Assembly (NCBI GenBank): GCA_902384455.1
Contig: CABMCB010000071.1
Coordinates: forward strand, 32,001 to 96,000
DNA: 64,000 nt
DNA from: an uncultured archaeon
GTDB lineage: Archaea; Altiarchaeota; Altiarchaeia; IMC4; SCGC-AAA252-I15
Direction: 5' to 3'
This document shows, one piece after another, positions 37,929-47,563 of the stretch. The notes below the pieces were generated by a model. It saw only the letters and a list, made by a program, of their open reading frames with translations. It was not told the DNA's origin and ran no database searches. The stretch's first letter is position 1, and every line of letters starts with the position of its first letter. A program made the translations under genes and the position numbers.

Positions 37929-39038
37929 TTACCTCTTTCTTTTGTAAAACGGTATTTCGACTACTTCTGCGGATACTTCCTTCCCGCGTATGACTACCTT
38001 AAGGGGTGTTCCAATGTTTGCGTACTCTGTCGGGACGTAGCCTAAACCGATTCCTTCGCTTAATGTGGGGCTGAAAGTTCCGCTTGTGACGTCGCCAATT
38101 TTTTCCCCGTTGCCAGTTATTTCGTAGCCGTGGCGGGGTATGCCGCGCTCGGTCATACTGAAGCCCACAAGCTTCTTCCTTACTCCTTGCTCTTTCTGCT
38201 TAAGTAGTATGTCCCTGCCGACGAAAACTGTCTTGTTGAGTTTCACAGTCCAGCCAATTGTCGCTTCAAGGGGTGTGGTCGCGTCGGTTATGTCGTTGCC
38301 GTAAAGCATTAAGGCGGCTTCAAGCCGCAGTGTGTCGCGCGCTCCAAGCCCGCAGGGAACAAGCCCGCTGGAGCTTCCGGCTTTTGTGAGCGCTTTCCAC
38401 ATGCTGGCAGTGTCTTTCTCTTCAACGAGCAGTTCGAATCCGTCTTCTCCCGTGTATCCAGTGCGCGAAACGGTCGTGTTTATGCCGGCGACTGTTACGT
38501 CGGGGATGAAGTGGAAGTATTTCAGCTGCGCAAGGTCTGCGGCAGTAAGCGTCGTAAGTATTTTTTCTGCGTTTGGCCCCTGCAGGGCGATTAGTCCGTA
38601 CTTGTCGCTTTCGTTTGTAAGCCGAACCCCTTTAGCGGGCAGGTGCTGTTTGGCCCAAGCAAAGTCTTTCTCTATGTTGGCGGCATTCACCACCATAAGA
38701 TACTTCTCATGGTTAAACCGGTATATGACGAGGTCATCAACTATTCCGCCCGTCGGACGGCACATGGGCGTGTAAAGGCAGCGGCCGTCCGTCATAGACG
38801 TCACGTCGTTTGTGACAAGGTTGTTGAGGTATGTTTCGGCGTCCGGGCCTTCTACTAGGAATTCTCCCATGTGGGATACGTCGAATAGTCCTGCGTGTGT
38901 TCTGACTGCGGTGTGTTCGGCTATGACCCCAGAGTACTCGACTGGCATCTCCCAGCCGCCGAAGTCCACCATTTTAGCCAAAAGCGCAACGTGGGTTTCG
39001 TATAGCGGCGTCCTCTTCAAAGCACCTTCAGCCATCAT
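37929..39038 (-). CDS. gcvT: Glycine cleavage T protein (aminomethyltransferase)
   Basis: FGGWEMPVEY, GLFDVSHMG, RTGYTGEDGFE, GLGARDTLRLEA. Confidence 0.97.
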   Translation of the reverse strand: MMAEGALKRTPLYETHVALLAKMVDFGGWEMPVEYSGVIAEHTAVRTHAGLFDVSHMGEFLVEGPDAETYLNNLVTNDVTSMTDGRCLYTPMCRPTGGIVDDLVIYRFNHEKYLMVVNAANIEKDFAWAKQHLPAKGVRLTNESDKYGLIALQGPNAEKILTTLTAADLAQLKYFHFIPDVTVAGINTTVSRTGYTGEDGFELLVEEKDTASMWKALTKAGSSSGLVPCGLGARDTLRLEAALMLYGNDITDATTPLEATIGWTVKLNKTVFVGRDILLKQKEQGVRKKLVGFSMTERGIPRHGYEITGNGEKIGDVTSGTFSPTLSEGIGLGYVPTEYANIGTPLKVVIRGKEVSAEVVEIPFYKRKR

Positions 39039-39129
39039 GCCACCCGAAACGTATTAGCCGAAGAACATTAAAAAGAAGCCGAGACCGGTTAGGCACGTTT
39101 TTTACGGGAAACCCACTAATTAATCCGCC

Positions 39130-39744
39130 ATGAGAGAAATCGTCAGCTTCGCAGTTGCGGTCGTTCTAGCATTCATATGCCTTATCTACGTTCAGGACCA
39201 TAGGCCGCAGCAGCCGTTTGGCGGTTTGCCTCATTCGGCTTCGACGACCACTACTACTATTCCTCCTCGCGCATCTAACCGTCAGCTTCTTGCGGACGGC
39301 GGGGATATGATATGCGCAGTTCAGGCGCAAGACGGAAGCCACCCCGTAATATATGTGTCTCAAGAAGACATCCGAGTGGAGTTTACGGCTCCCGACAACG
39401 AAGGGACATTAATCGAAATACTCCACAACGGCACAATGTACGTAAACAATCCCCCCTCACCGAACTGGATCTCATGGAGCATAAAAGACAAGGAGTCCTC
39501 AGTCGGGAAGCTGACCGGGCTGTACGACATGACAATAGACCGCGAGGAAATAACCCGACAGCTTGACCTTATGTCCTGCGAACGCGCAACACTTGACAAA
39601 ACACTTTTCACCCCGCCCAAAGACGCAAACATCACGCAAGTAATCAACCCCGAAGGAACCAGCGACTTATGCCAAATCTGCGATTACGCCCCAACACCCG
39701 CAGAAGCAGCCTCCTGCAAAGCCGAATGCGCAAACGGAGGCTAG
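39130..39744 (+). CDS. Hypothetical exported protein
   Basis: N-terminal hydrophobic helix, Thr run, Cys-rich C-terminus. Confidence 0.65.
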   Translation: MREIVSFAVAVVLAFICLIYVQDHRPQQPFGGLPHSASTTTTTIPPRASNRQLLADGGDMICAVQAQDGSHPVIYVSQEDIRVEFTAPDNEGTLIEILHNGTMYVNNPPSPNWISWSIKDKESSVGKLTGLYDMTIDREEITRQLDLMSCERATLDKTLFTPPKDANITQVINPEGTSDLCQICDYAPTPAEAASCKAECANGG

Positions 39745-39745
39745 A

Positions 39746-40411
39746 ATGCGCGTAGCATTCCACGTCCACACAACAAAATCAGACGGCACAGCAACACCAA
39801 AAGAAATGGTAGATGCCGCAGCCAAACTAGGCCTAGACGGAATGGTCATAACAGACCACGACTCCGTCTTAGGCGGACTGGAAGCTCAAAAAAACTGCCC
39901 GCATGGATTCCTCATAATAACAGGCGCTGAAGTAAGCTCTTCCGACGGCCACATACTCGCAGTCGACGTCAAAGAAAACATTCCACCCGGCCTTTCAGCC
40001 AAAGAAACAGTCGAAAAAATTCACGCGCTTGGAGGATTGGCCGTAGCACCTCACCCATACGACCTATACCGCGGAGGAGTAGGCGACTTAATCAAAACGG
40101 TCCCCTTCGACGCGGTAGAAACAATAAACGGCCACACGACGCTAAACCGGAAAAACCCGGCGAAAGCAGCGAAAGAAACAGGGCTGCCGACGATAGGCGG
40201 CCAAGACTCCCATACGACATACGAGTTAGACAACATTTTGATTGAGTACGAAGGAGACCTACGGCAGGCAATCAAGGAAAACCGCGTCCGAACAATCAAG
40301 CAGCCGCCATCCGTCATAATACCCCGCCACATACGCTACCTGATTATGCGCTGGAGGCACCCCAAAGAACGGCTGAAAACATTCATAAAACGACTAAGAA
40401 AGAAGGCGTGA
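39746..40411 (+). CDS. PHP-domain phosphoesterase
   Basis: HVHT..SDG, ITDHD, GAEVS, HP, DSH. Confidence 0.9.
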   Translation: MRVAFHVHTTKSDGTATPKEMVDAAAKLGLDGMVITDHDSVLGGLEAQKNCPHGFLIITGAEVSSSDGHILAVDVKENIPPGLSAKETVEKIHALGGLAVAPHPYDLYRGGVGDLIKTVPFDAVETINGHTTLNRKNPAKAAKETGLPTIGGQDSHTTYELDNILIEYEGDLRQAIKENRVRTIKQPPSVIIPRHIRYLIMRWRHPKERLKTFIKRLRKKA

Positions 40412-40468
40412 CGCCGTTACGCTTATATTTCCATAAGGCGATATTTCTTGGACACTGGTACATCTCAC

Positions 40469-41554
40469 ATGGACAAATTGCGAGTTGGAGTATTGGGGGC
40501 CACCGGAATGGTAGGTCAGAATTACTTGCGGCTTCTTGAGAATCACCCCTGGTTCGAGGTGGCGTACGTAGCCGCCTCTCCAAAAAGCGCAGGCAAACCC
40601 TACGCTGAGGCGGTAGCCGGCAGATGGAACCTCGACAAGCCCATTCCAGAAAAAGTCAAAGGCCTTATGGTTGAGGACGCCTCCAACATTGCGGCTGCTA
40701 AAGGCAAGGCGGACTTCGTTTTTTCCGCGCTTGATTTGCCCACAAAAGACGAGACTAAGGCATTGGAATTGGCGTACGCCAAAGAAGGATTCCCCGTGTT
40801 TTCCAACAGCAGCGCCAACCGGTGGACAGAAGACGTCCCAATGCTGATTCCAGAAATCAACCACGGCCACCTGAGTCTCATAGAGTCCCAGAAGAAGAAC
40901 CGCGGGTTCAGCAAGGGCTTTGTGGTAGTGAAACCCAACTGCTCGCTTCAGTCATACATTACGCCAATCCACGCTCTTGAGCAGAAGGGGCACAAAGTCG
41001 AACTGCTAGTCATAACGACCCTTCAGGCAGTTTCCGGCGCAGGATACCCCGGAGTGCCGTCGCTTGACATGGTAGACAACATCGTCCCCTACATCGGAGG
41101 CGAAGAAATAAAGACCGAAAAAGAGCCAAGCAAAATATTCGGTAAAATAGCCGCCGGAAAATGCGTCCCAGACGAATCAATCAAAATCACGTCCACATGC
41201 ACAAGAGTACCCGTCGTAGACGGCCACACAGCGTGCGTCACAATGAAGTTTAAGGGCGCAAAACCCTCCAAAGAGGAAATAATAAAAATATGGCGCGACT
41301 TCAAGTCCGCGCCTAAGGAGCTAAAGCTCACCTTCGCGCCCGAAAGACCCATAATCTACATTGAAGAAGAAAACCGGCCTCAACCGCGCAAAGACCGCGA
41401 CTCAGAGAAGGCAATGGCCGTCACATGCGGCCGCTTGAGGGATTGTCCGGTTTTCGACTACCGGTTCGTGGGGTTGTCTCACAATACTGTGCGCGGAGCT
41501 GCTGGAGGCGGAATACTCAACGCTGAGCTCGCCTATAAAAAGAATCTGCTTTAG
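40469..41554 (+). CDS. asd: Aspartate-semialdehyde dehydrogenase (archaeal/fungal type)
   Basis: GATGMVGQ, PNCS, QAVSGAG, RVPVVDGH, HNTVRGAAGG. Confidence 0.96.
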   Translation: MDKLRVGVLGATGMVGQNYLRLLENHPWFEVAYVAASPKSAGKPYAEAVAGRWNLDKPIPEKVKGLMVEDASNIAAAKGKADFVFSALDLPTKDETKALELAYAKEGFPVFSNSSANRWTEDVPMLIPEINHGHLSLIESQKKNRGFSKGFVVVKPNCSLQSYITPIHALEQKGHKVELLVITTLQAVSGAGYPGVPSLDMVDNIVPYIGGEEIKTEKEPSKIFGKIAAGKCVPDESIKITSTCTRVPVVDGHTACVTMKFKGAKPSKEEIIKIWRDFKSAPKELKLTFAPERPIIYIEEENRPQPRKDRDSEKAMAVTCGRLRDCPVFDYRFVGLSHNTVRGAAGGGILNAELAYKKNLL

Positions 41555-42051
41555 GCGTTGGCAAGTTCGCGGAGGGTTTTGGGCCAAGCGTCCCCAAACT
41601 TATCTTTGAATTGCCGAGGGGCATTCGCGTATTCGTCTACTACCTGCGGCGGATTGCTGCCGGTGTAAGGCGCTGACCTGAATATGAATGCGACGTGAGT
41701 GCCTTCTGCAACATTCATTCCATTAATGAGGCATTTGGCAGCTTTCACGTAATCCCCCGGGTTGGGGTTGCTTTCATGAGATCCGGCTTCAAACGCTAAG
41801 ACGCCTGAACTCAGGAGTCCTACGACAAGTTGATTCACACGTCTTGAACTTACGCCATCTAGGAACCCGTGATGGGGTCCGGCGTGAACGATAGTGCCGT
41901 CTTCTCCGCTGGCGGGGTCAAAAGCGAAAACAAGAGGGTCCCTTAAGCCCTGACTGAATTCCGTGAACATCCTGCCGACTTCGGCAGAATCCATGACGTC
42001 GTTCCCCTCTAGGTACGTGCGGTCCCGCTGGGCTCTTGTCACTTCCGGCAT
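41551..42051 (-). CDS. Hypothetical protein
   Basis: 166-aa ORF with plausible composition, fills the gap. Confidence 0.6.
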   Translation of the reverse strand: MPEVTRAQRDRTYLEGNDVMDSAEVGRMFTEFSQGLRDPLVFAFDPASGEDGTIVHAGPHHGFLDGVSSRRVNQLVVGLLSSGVLAFEAGSHESNPNPGDYVKAAKCLINGMNVAEGTHVAFIFRSAPYTGSNPPQVVDEYANAPRQFKDKFGDAWPKTLRELANA

Positions 42052-42068
42052 TTCATTAAAACACGCAG

Positions 42069-42293
42069 TTAAACCAGTCTCCGGGGACTGCCGTGAGGAT
42101 GCTCCTTTATGCCTACCGCATGAAGTCTATCCAGGGGGGAACGATGGACGGGACCGAAAGGCATCTCCTCCTGAAACAAGGGGTCCCCTCCGCCCGGAGG
42201 CTCATCTAGTTCACGCAGCATTTGACGGAACTGCCTTCCGGTATAATCCGGTGGATGCTGTTCCTTAATCGCATCCCCCTTTCCTGGAGCCAT
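42069..42293 (-). CDS. Small hypothetical protein
   Basis: MAPGKGDAIKE... 74 aa, fills the gap upstream of 42051. Confidence 0.35.
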   Translation of the reverse strand: MAPGKGDAIKEQHPPDYTGRQFRQMLRELDEPPGGGDPLFQEEMPFGPVHRSPLDRLHAVGIKEHPHGSPRRLV

Positions 42294-42373
42294 CAATAAA
42301 AACCCGTATCGCAAGCTTAAAACCGCCAAAAACGGTTAATAAGGAGGTATAACGCAAAAAATTAGACTACACG

Positions 42374-42868
42374 GTGGTACAAATGGACATAGAAATCCGC
42401 CTACTGAAACTACTGGAAGAAGACGCGACGACGCCCACAAAAGACCTAGCCTCAATGCTGGGGGCAAAAGAGGCGGCCGTCGCAGCCGCAGTCAAAAAGC
42501 TAAGAGACAGCGGCGTAGTCACAGGCCAGAAGGCGGTCATAAATTGGAAGAAAGCCGGAGCGCCATACGCGTCGGCGGTCATCCAAGTCAAGGTGGTGCC
42601 TCAAGCAAAAGACGGCTTCGCCAAAATATGCAAAGACATAGCCAAAAACCGCATAGTAGAAGACGTTTTGGTCGTCAGCGGAGAATACGACCTCATGCTT
42701 ACCGTCAGGGCCGAGTCCATTCAGGACATAAGTGATTTTGTGACTGAGGTTTTGGCGCCTAAGAAGGAGGTTGTGGGGACTAACACTCACATAGTTTTGT
42801 CTGAGTTTAAGCGGCGTGGAGTCTCGTTTACCGACGAGACGGGCAAAAGGCTTCCCGTCTCAATCTGA
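42374..42868 (+). CDS. Lrp/AsnC-family regulator
   Basis: HTH plus VSGEYDL RAM domain; directly upstream of the aminotransferase. Confidence 0.9.
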   Translation: MVQMDIEIRLLKLLEEDATTPTKDLASMLGAKEAAVAAAVKKLRDSGVVTGQKAVINWKKAGAPYASAVIQVKVVPQAKDGFAKICKDIAKNRIVEDVLVVSGEYDLMLTVRAESIQDISDFVTEVLAPKKEVVGTNTHIVLSEFKRRGVSFTDETGKRLPVSI

Positions 42869-42870
42869 AA

Positions 42871-44025
42871 ATGGTCGCTAAACGAGTCAGTGAGATACCT
42901 TTTTCGGGTATCCGGAAGTTCTTCGAGCTTGTGGAGCAAAGCAAAGGCATAGTCAGCCTGGGTGTTGGCGAGCCCGACTTCAATACTCCCCGGCCGATTT
43001 CAGACGCGGGAATACGCGCTATTGAAGCCGGTTACACAAGCTACACCAGCAACTGGGGGCTTTTGGATTTGAGGGCGAAGATAGCCGAGAAACTTAAGGT
43101 AGAGAACGGCTTACATTATTCGCCTGAAAATGAGGTCTTAATTACTGCTGGAACCAGCGAGGCGCTTGACCTTGCGTTTAGGGCGCTGATTAATCCCGGC
43201 GACGAAGTGCTTGTTCCTGAGCCAAGTTACGTCAGCTACAAGCCGTGCGTGTGGTTCGCTTATGGAACTCCGGTTGCAGTGCCAATGAGGGAGGAAAACG
43301 ATTTCCGCGTTCAGGAAGACGACTTGCGCAAGAAAATCACAAAGAAGACCAAGGCGATAATAGTCGCCTCCCCAAACAATCCGACTGGAAGCGTACTCAC
43401 CAAGAAAGACCTGAAGGCGATTGCTGCAGTAGCCCAGGAACACGACCTGTGGGTGATAAGCGACGAACTATACGAATACCTAATATACGACGGGGAAAAA
43501 CACGTCTCCATAGGAAGCTTCCCCGGAATGCGAGAACGCACAATAACAATAAACGGATTTTCCAAAGGACACGCATTCACCGGATGGAGAATAGGATACG
43601 CCGCAGGCCCGGCAGAAGTAACTGAGCTTATGATGAAAATCCACCAGTACACGATGCTTTGCGCGCCAACAATAGCCCAACACGCCGCGCTTGCCGCATT
43701 CAACTGCAAAAAAGAAGTCAAAGCGATGCAGGAGGAATACGACCGAAGACGCAGACTGCTGGTAGCCGGATTAAACGAGCTTCCAGGCGTAACCTGCCGC
43801 ATGCCCAAAGGAGCATTCTACACCTTCCCAAACATAACCGGAACAGGAATGGACAGCGAAACATTCGCCCAACGGCTCGTAAAAGAAGCGCAAGTAGCGG
43901 TAGTCCCAGGCCACACCTTCGGCCAGACCGGAGAAGGACACGTCCGATGCAGCTACAGCGTAAGCCGCGACATAATCACGGAAGCGCTCTCCCGAATGCA
44001 AAAATTCCTGGCGAAAAAAGTGTAA
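42871..44025 (+). CDS. Class I/II PLP aminotransferase
   Basis: SLGVGEPDF, PNNPTG, SDELY, GFSK...TGWRIGY. Confidence 0.95.
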   Translation: MVAKRVSEIPFSGIRKFFELVEQSKGIVSLGVGEPDFNTPRPISDAGIRAIEAGYTSYTSNWGLLDLRAKIAEKLKVENGLHYSPENEVLITAGTSEALDLAFRALINPGDEVLVPEPSYVSYKPCVWFAYGTPVAVPMREENDFRVQEDDLRKKITKKTKAIIVASPNNPTGSVLTKKDLKAIAAVAQEHDLWVISDELYEYLIYDGEKHVSIGSFPGMRERTITINGFSKGHAFTGWRIGYAAGPAEVTELMMKIHQYTMLCAPTIAQHAALAAFNCKKEVKAMQEEYDRRRRLLVAGLNELPGVTCRMPKGAFYTFPNITGTGMDSETFAQRLVKEAQVAVVPGHTFGQTGEGHVRCSYSVSRDIITEALSRMQKFLAKKV

Positions 44026-44135
44026 CAGAAACCTCCAGACTAGAAAAACCGCAGTTTTCGGCCGTTTCCGGCGGAAAAGAATAAATAATAGGCAGTCTGC
44101 CTCTTATCACTATTTAGCAGGGAGTATTAAGTGTC

Positions 44136-46142
44136 ATGGGCAGCAGCAGGGGCGAATCCCCCTTAGGGAAATTAAAGCGGATGGTACTTGGGGGAGCCCG
44201 CAATCCCCACGACCCGCAGCTGTTCCATAAGCTCTCTCTCATAGCGTTCTTCGCTTGGGTTGGCCTTGGGGCCGACGGACTGTCTTCTTCATGTTATGGT
44301 CCTGAGGAAGCGTTTCTTTCTCTTCAGGGGCACGTCTACTTGAGCATTTTCGTTGCGTTGGCTTCGGCGGTAACCATATTCATCATCAGCTCAAGCTACT
44401 CTCAAATAGTCGAGTTGTTCCCCACCGGCGGAGGAGGGTACCTTGTGGCCAGCAAGCTCCTTTCGCCTTCGTTGGGAATGATTTCCGGATGCGCCCTTAT
44501 GATAGACTACGTACTCACCATATCCTTATCTATAGCAAGCGGCTCCGATGCGTTGTTCAGCTTCCTGCCGCCCCATCTGTATTCATTCAAACTCGTTTTC
44601 GCTATCTCAGGAGTGTTGGTTCTCACCCTACTCAACCTGCGGGGCATCAAGGAATCCGTAATCCCCCTCGTGCCCATATTCATCCTGTTCCTGTTAACCC
44701 ACGCATTCGCAATCGTCTACGCAATAGCAACCCACGTGCCAGAAGTCGGGACAGTAATCGATGCGACTGCCGCAGACGTCCAAACAACAAGCGCAGAAAT
44801 AGGGATAATCGGGATGCTGCTGCTAATACTGCGCGCATACAGCATGGGAGCCGGAACATTCACAGGAATAGAAGCAGTAAGCAACGGCATACCCATACTG
44901 CGGGAACCCAAAGTCCAGACGGCCAAAAAGACGATGCGCCTAATGGCAGTCTCACTCGCATTCATGGTAATAGGTCTTATGATAGGATACCTGCTCTACA
45001 ACGTAGGCCATCAGCAGGGGAAGACGCTGAACGCAATATTCCTGGAAAAAATGACATACAACTGGGGGACAGTCGGCTACGCGTTTGTACTAATCACCCT
45101 GCTGTCCGAAGCCATACTACTATTCGTTGCCGCCCAGACCGGATTCTTGGACGGACCCAGGGTACTATCCAACATGGCGTTAGACCGATGGTTCCCATCC
45201 AGATTCGCCATACTATCCGACCGCTTCGTCACCCAAAACGGCATAATGCTCATGGGCGCGGCAGCATTCGTTCTGATGATAGCCAGCCAAGGCTCAGTGA
45301 AACTCATGGTCGTCCTATACAGCATAAACGTATTCATCACATTCCTACTCTCACAACTGGGGATGGTACGCCACTGGTGGGCCGAAAAAGCGACATCCCC
45401 CGGATGGGAAAAGAAAATAATAATAAACGGGATAGGACTCATACTCACGGCATTCATACTTGTGACTGTGGCATACCTAAAGTTCGAAGAAGGCGGCTGG
45501 ATAACAATATTCATAACAGGCTCCCTAGTATGCTTCGCCCTAATAATACGCCGCCACTACGACCACGCGCAACTGCGCCTCGAACGCCTAGACGGCCTAA
45601 TCCGCGACAACCTGCTTAAAGACGCAGACTTCTCAAACCCCAAATGCCTGCCCCAACAAAAAGAAGAATGCACGCCAGAATTCGACCCCAAAGCAAAAAC
45701 CGCAGTCATACTCGTCAACGGATTCAACGGACTGGGCCTGCACACAATACTTAACGTACTGAAACTAGGCGACATAAGAAACTTCTTCTTCGTCGAAGTA
45801 GGCCTTATCGACGCAGGAAACTTCAAGGGTCTGGAGGAGTTCGAGAAGCTGAAGAGCCACATAAACGACGAATTAGGCCACTACGTGACGTTCATGCAGA
45901 AGCAGGGCTTCTACGCTGAAGGACGCTCGGACATAGGAATAGACGGCGTAGACGAAACGTGCGCATTAGTCAACAAAATCATCGAAGCCCACCCCGACGC
46001 TGAAGTATACGGCGGACAGTTGGTTCTGCCTAAAGAGACTTTCTTCTCCAAGTTGCCTTACAACCAGACGACTTTTGCGGTGCAAAGGCGGCTTGAAGAG
46101 CAGCAGGTGCCATTCAGGATACTGCCCATACAGTTGGGTTAA
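44136..46142 (+). CDS. APC-superfamily transporter, KimA/YdaO-like
   Basis: ADGLSSSCYGPEE, GGGGYLVAS, LNLRGIKES, TGIEAVSNG; about 12 TM plus cytoplasmic domain. Confidence 0.85.
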   Translation: MGSSRGESPLGKLKRMVLGGARNPHDPQLFHKLSLIAFFAWVGLGADGLSSSCYGPEEAFLSLQGHVYLSIFVALASAVTIFIISSSYSQIVELFPTGGGGYLVASKLLSPSLGMISGCALMIDYVLTISLSIASGSDALFSFLPPHLYSFKLVFAISGVLVLTLLNLRGIKESVIPLVPIFILFLLTHAFAIVYAIATHVPEVGTVIDATAADVQTTSAEIGIIGMLLLILRAYSMGAGTFTGIEAVSNGIPILREPKVQTAKKTMRLMAVSLAFMVIGLMIGYLLYNVGHQQGKTLNAIFLEKMTYNWGTVGYAFVLITLLSEAILLFVAAQTGFLDGPRVLSNMALDRWFPSRFAILSDRFVTQNGIMLMGAAAFVLMIASQGSVKLMVVLYSINVFITFLLSQLGMVRHWWAEKATSPGWEKKIIINGIGLILTAFILVTVAYLKFEEGGWITIFITGSLVCFALIIRRHYDHAQLRLERLDGLIRDNLLKDADFSNPKCLPQQKEECTPEFDPKAKTAVILVNGFNGLGLHTILNVLKLGDIRNFFFVEVGLIDAGNFKGLEEFEKLKSHINDELGHYVTFMQKQGFYAEGRSDIGIDGVDETCALVNKIIEAHPDAEVYGGQLVLPKETFFSKLPYNQTTFAVQRRLEEQQVPFRILPIQLG

Positions 46143-46193
46143 TCGGCCCAGGTTATTTGGGATTTAAAGTTCTGGTTTCCAGAAATTAACGTC

Positions 46194-47510
46194 ATGGTCA
46201 TCCGTGAGGCATCCGCTGGCGGTAATATGGGCGATGTTGACGCCAGAATACTTTCGGCTTTGGGCGGGGGAAGCTCGCTTGAACTGGGAAACGCGATTTT
46301 CGCCAGCCGCCAGCCCCGCTCAGTAAGCGAACAACGCGGATTAGAGGCCAGCGAAGCCGCACAGCAGCCCCGTCCAATAGACGCGTCAAACACTGACACG
46401 TCATCGGTTGGCGCGGCAGCCAGAGGATTCTACCGCATCCTAATCAACGAACCGCCCCAAACCGGAAACTTCCTTAAGGCGCGGCTTCTGGCCGACCCCA
46501 CGGAACTATTCGCGTCTGTCGCAGAATTCCAAAAAAGAAGGACTGGGGCACTGCCATTAGCCGATGACCCGCCAGTGGCCGTAGAAGGCTTTCCGTCCCC
46601 CGCAGGTATGGCAAACATCAACGCGGCAATACTCCTCTACAGGCGGCTCCGCAATTATGCCGACGAACACCCGGACGACCAGCCTTTCGTCGCCGCGGCC
46701 TTCCTAAACAATCCCGGCGAAACAGTCAGTTTCCTGTCTGGTCACGTAAGCGAACGCTTCAGGCAGCTTGCCGGCACCACACTAAATTATTATCAGACCA
46801 CACCAGACGTCCTAGGGTACCCGTCCGACGTTAACGTGGCGGTAAACGGCGCGGCAAGACTTCTTCAGGCGGTGAACCTTTATGTTCCGCCCGACCATCA
46901 GGTTGCGGTTCTGCATAGGGTGGCGGATGCTGTAAGAGTCGCCGACCCGTCAAGACGAGCGGCGGTTGCAGAAGCCATCGGAGTGGCGATAGAAGAGGCG
47001 GTGAACAAGGACTTTCCAGGTTCTATGATACGCTTTGAAGTCGATGACGCCCTAAGAGACGTGACAGTGCAGGAAAAACAAACCCTACACGATTTAAGCG
47101 GCCTGAAGCGAAGGCGTCTTGCGGGCCGCAACTCATTGACTGGGCAAAGCGTTTCCAGCAAGGAATTATATGGTGTCCCGGTTTTGGGTGCGTTTGTTCC
47201 TGCGTGGGGTGGAATAGGTCGGCACATTGACGGTTTGGAGGGGGATGCCCGCAAAAGAGAAACCCTTCATGGTGTCCTGTGGTCTGTAGCGGTGGACGAC
47301 GTGAAAGAGGCTTTAAGCGCGGCTTTTTCGGGTGCTTCTCAGACTTTTGAGCGGGATTGGACGGGTGTTGTCAGAAGTTGGCTTAAGGATTCAATGCAGC
47401 ATCCTGCGCGAGGAGGATTTAGCGCAAACTCTCCGGAATACCAGGCGACACTTACCGCAACAAAAGTAGTGAAAGAAGGAAACCTCCCCGAACTGCACGA
47501 AACGCAATAG
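46194..47510 (+). CDS. Hypothetical protein
   Basis: 438-aa ORF, no recognised motif. Confidence 0.7.
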   Translation: MVIREASAGGNMGDVDARILSALGGGSSLELGNAIFASRQPRSVSEQRGLEASEAAQQPRPIDASNTDTSSVGAAARGFYRILINEPPQTGNFLKARLLADPTELFASVAEFQKRRTGALPLADDPPVAVEGFPSPAGMANINAAILLYRRLRNYADEHPDDQPFVAAAFLNNPGETVSFLSGHVSERFRQLAGTTLNYYQTTPDVLGYPSDVNVAVNGAARLLQAVNLYVPPDHQVAVLHRVADAVRVADPSRRAAVAEAIGVAIEEAVNKDFPGSMIRFEVDDALRDVTVQEKQTLHDLSGLKRRRLAGRNSLTGQSVSSKELYGVPVLGAFVPAWGGIGRHIDGLEGDARKRETLHGVLWSVAVDDVKEALSAAFSGASQTFERDWTGVVRSWLKDSMQHPARGGFSANSPEYQATLTATKVVKEGNLPELHETQ

Positions 47511-47563
47511 AATGGGCGGTCGCCCCTCTTTTTTATCCGCTTCTTCCAAAGGTTTTTTCTACG

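Noticed and set aside
39039-39129. Glycine riboswitch upstream of gcvT
   Set aside because: The intergenic region is short, shared with a divergent gene, and has no aptamer motifs.
44489-45619. Long alternative-frame ORFs (also 5329-6144, 13621-14307, 31599-32549, 48901-49725, 50456-51304, 58595-59356)
   Set aside because: They overlap better-supported genes and mostly have the low-complexity composition expected from strong compositional skew.
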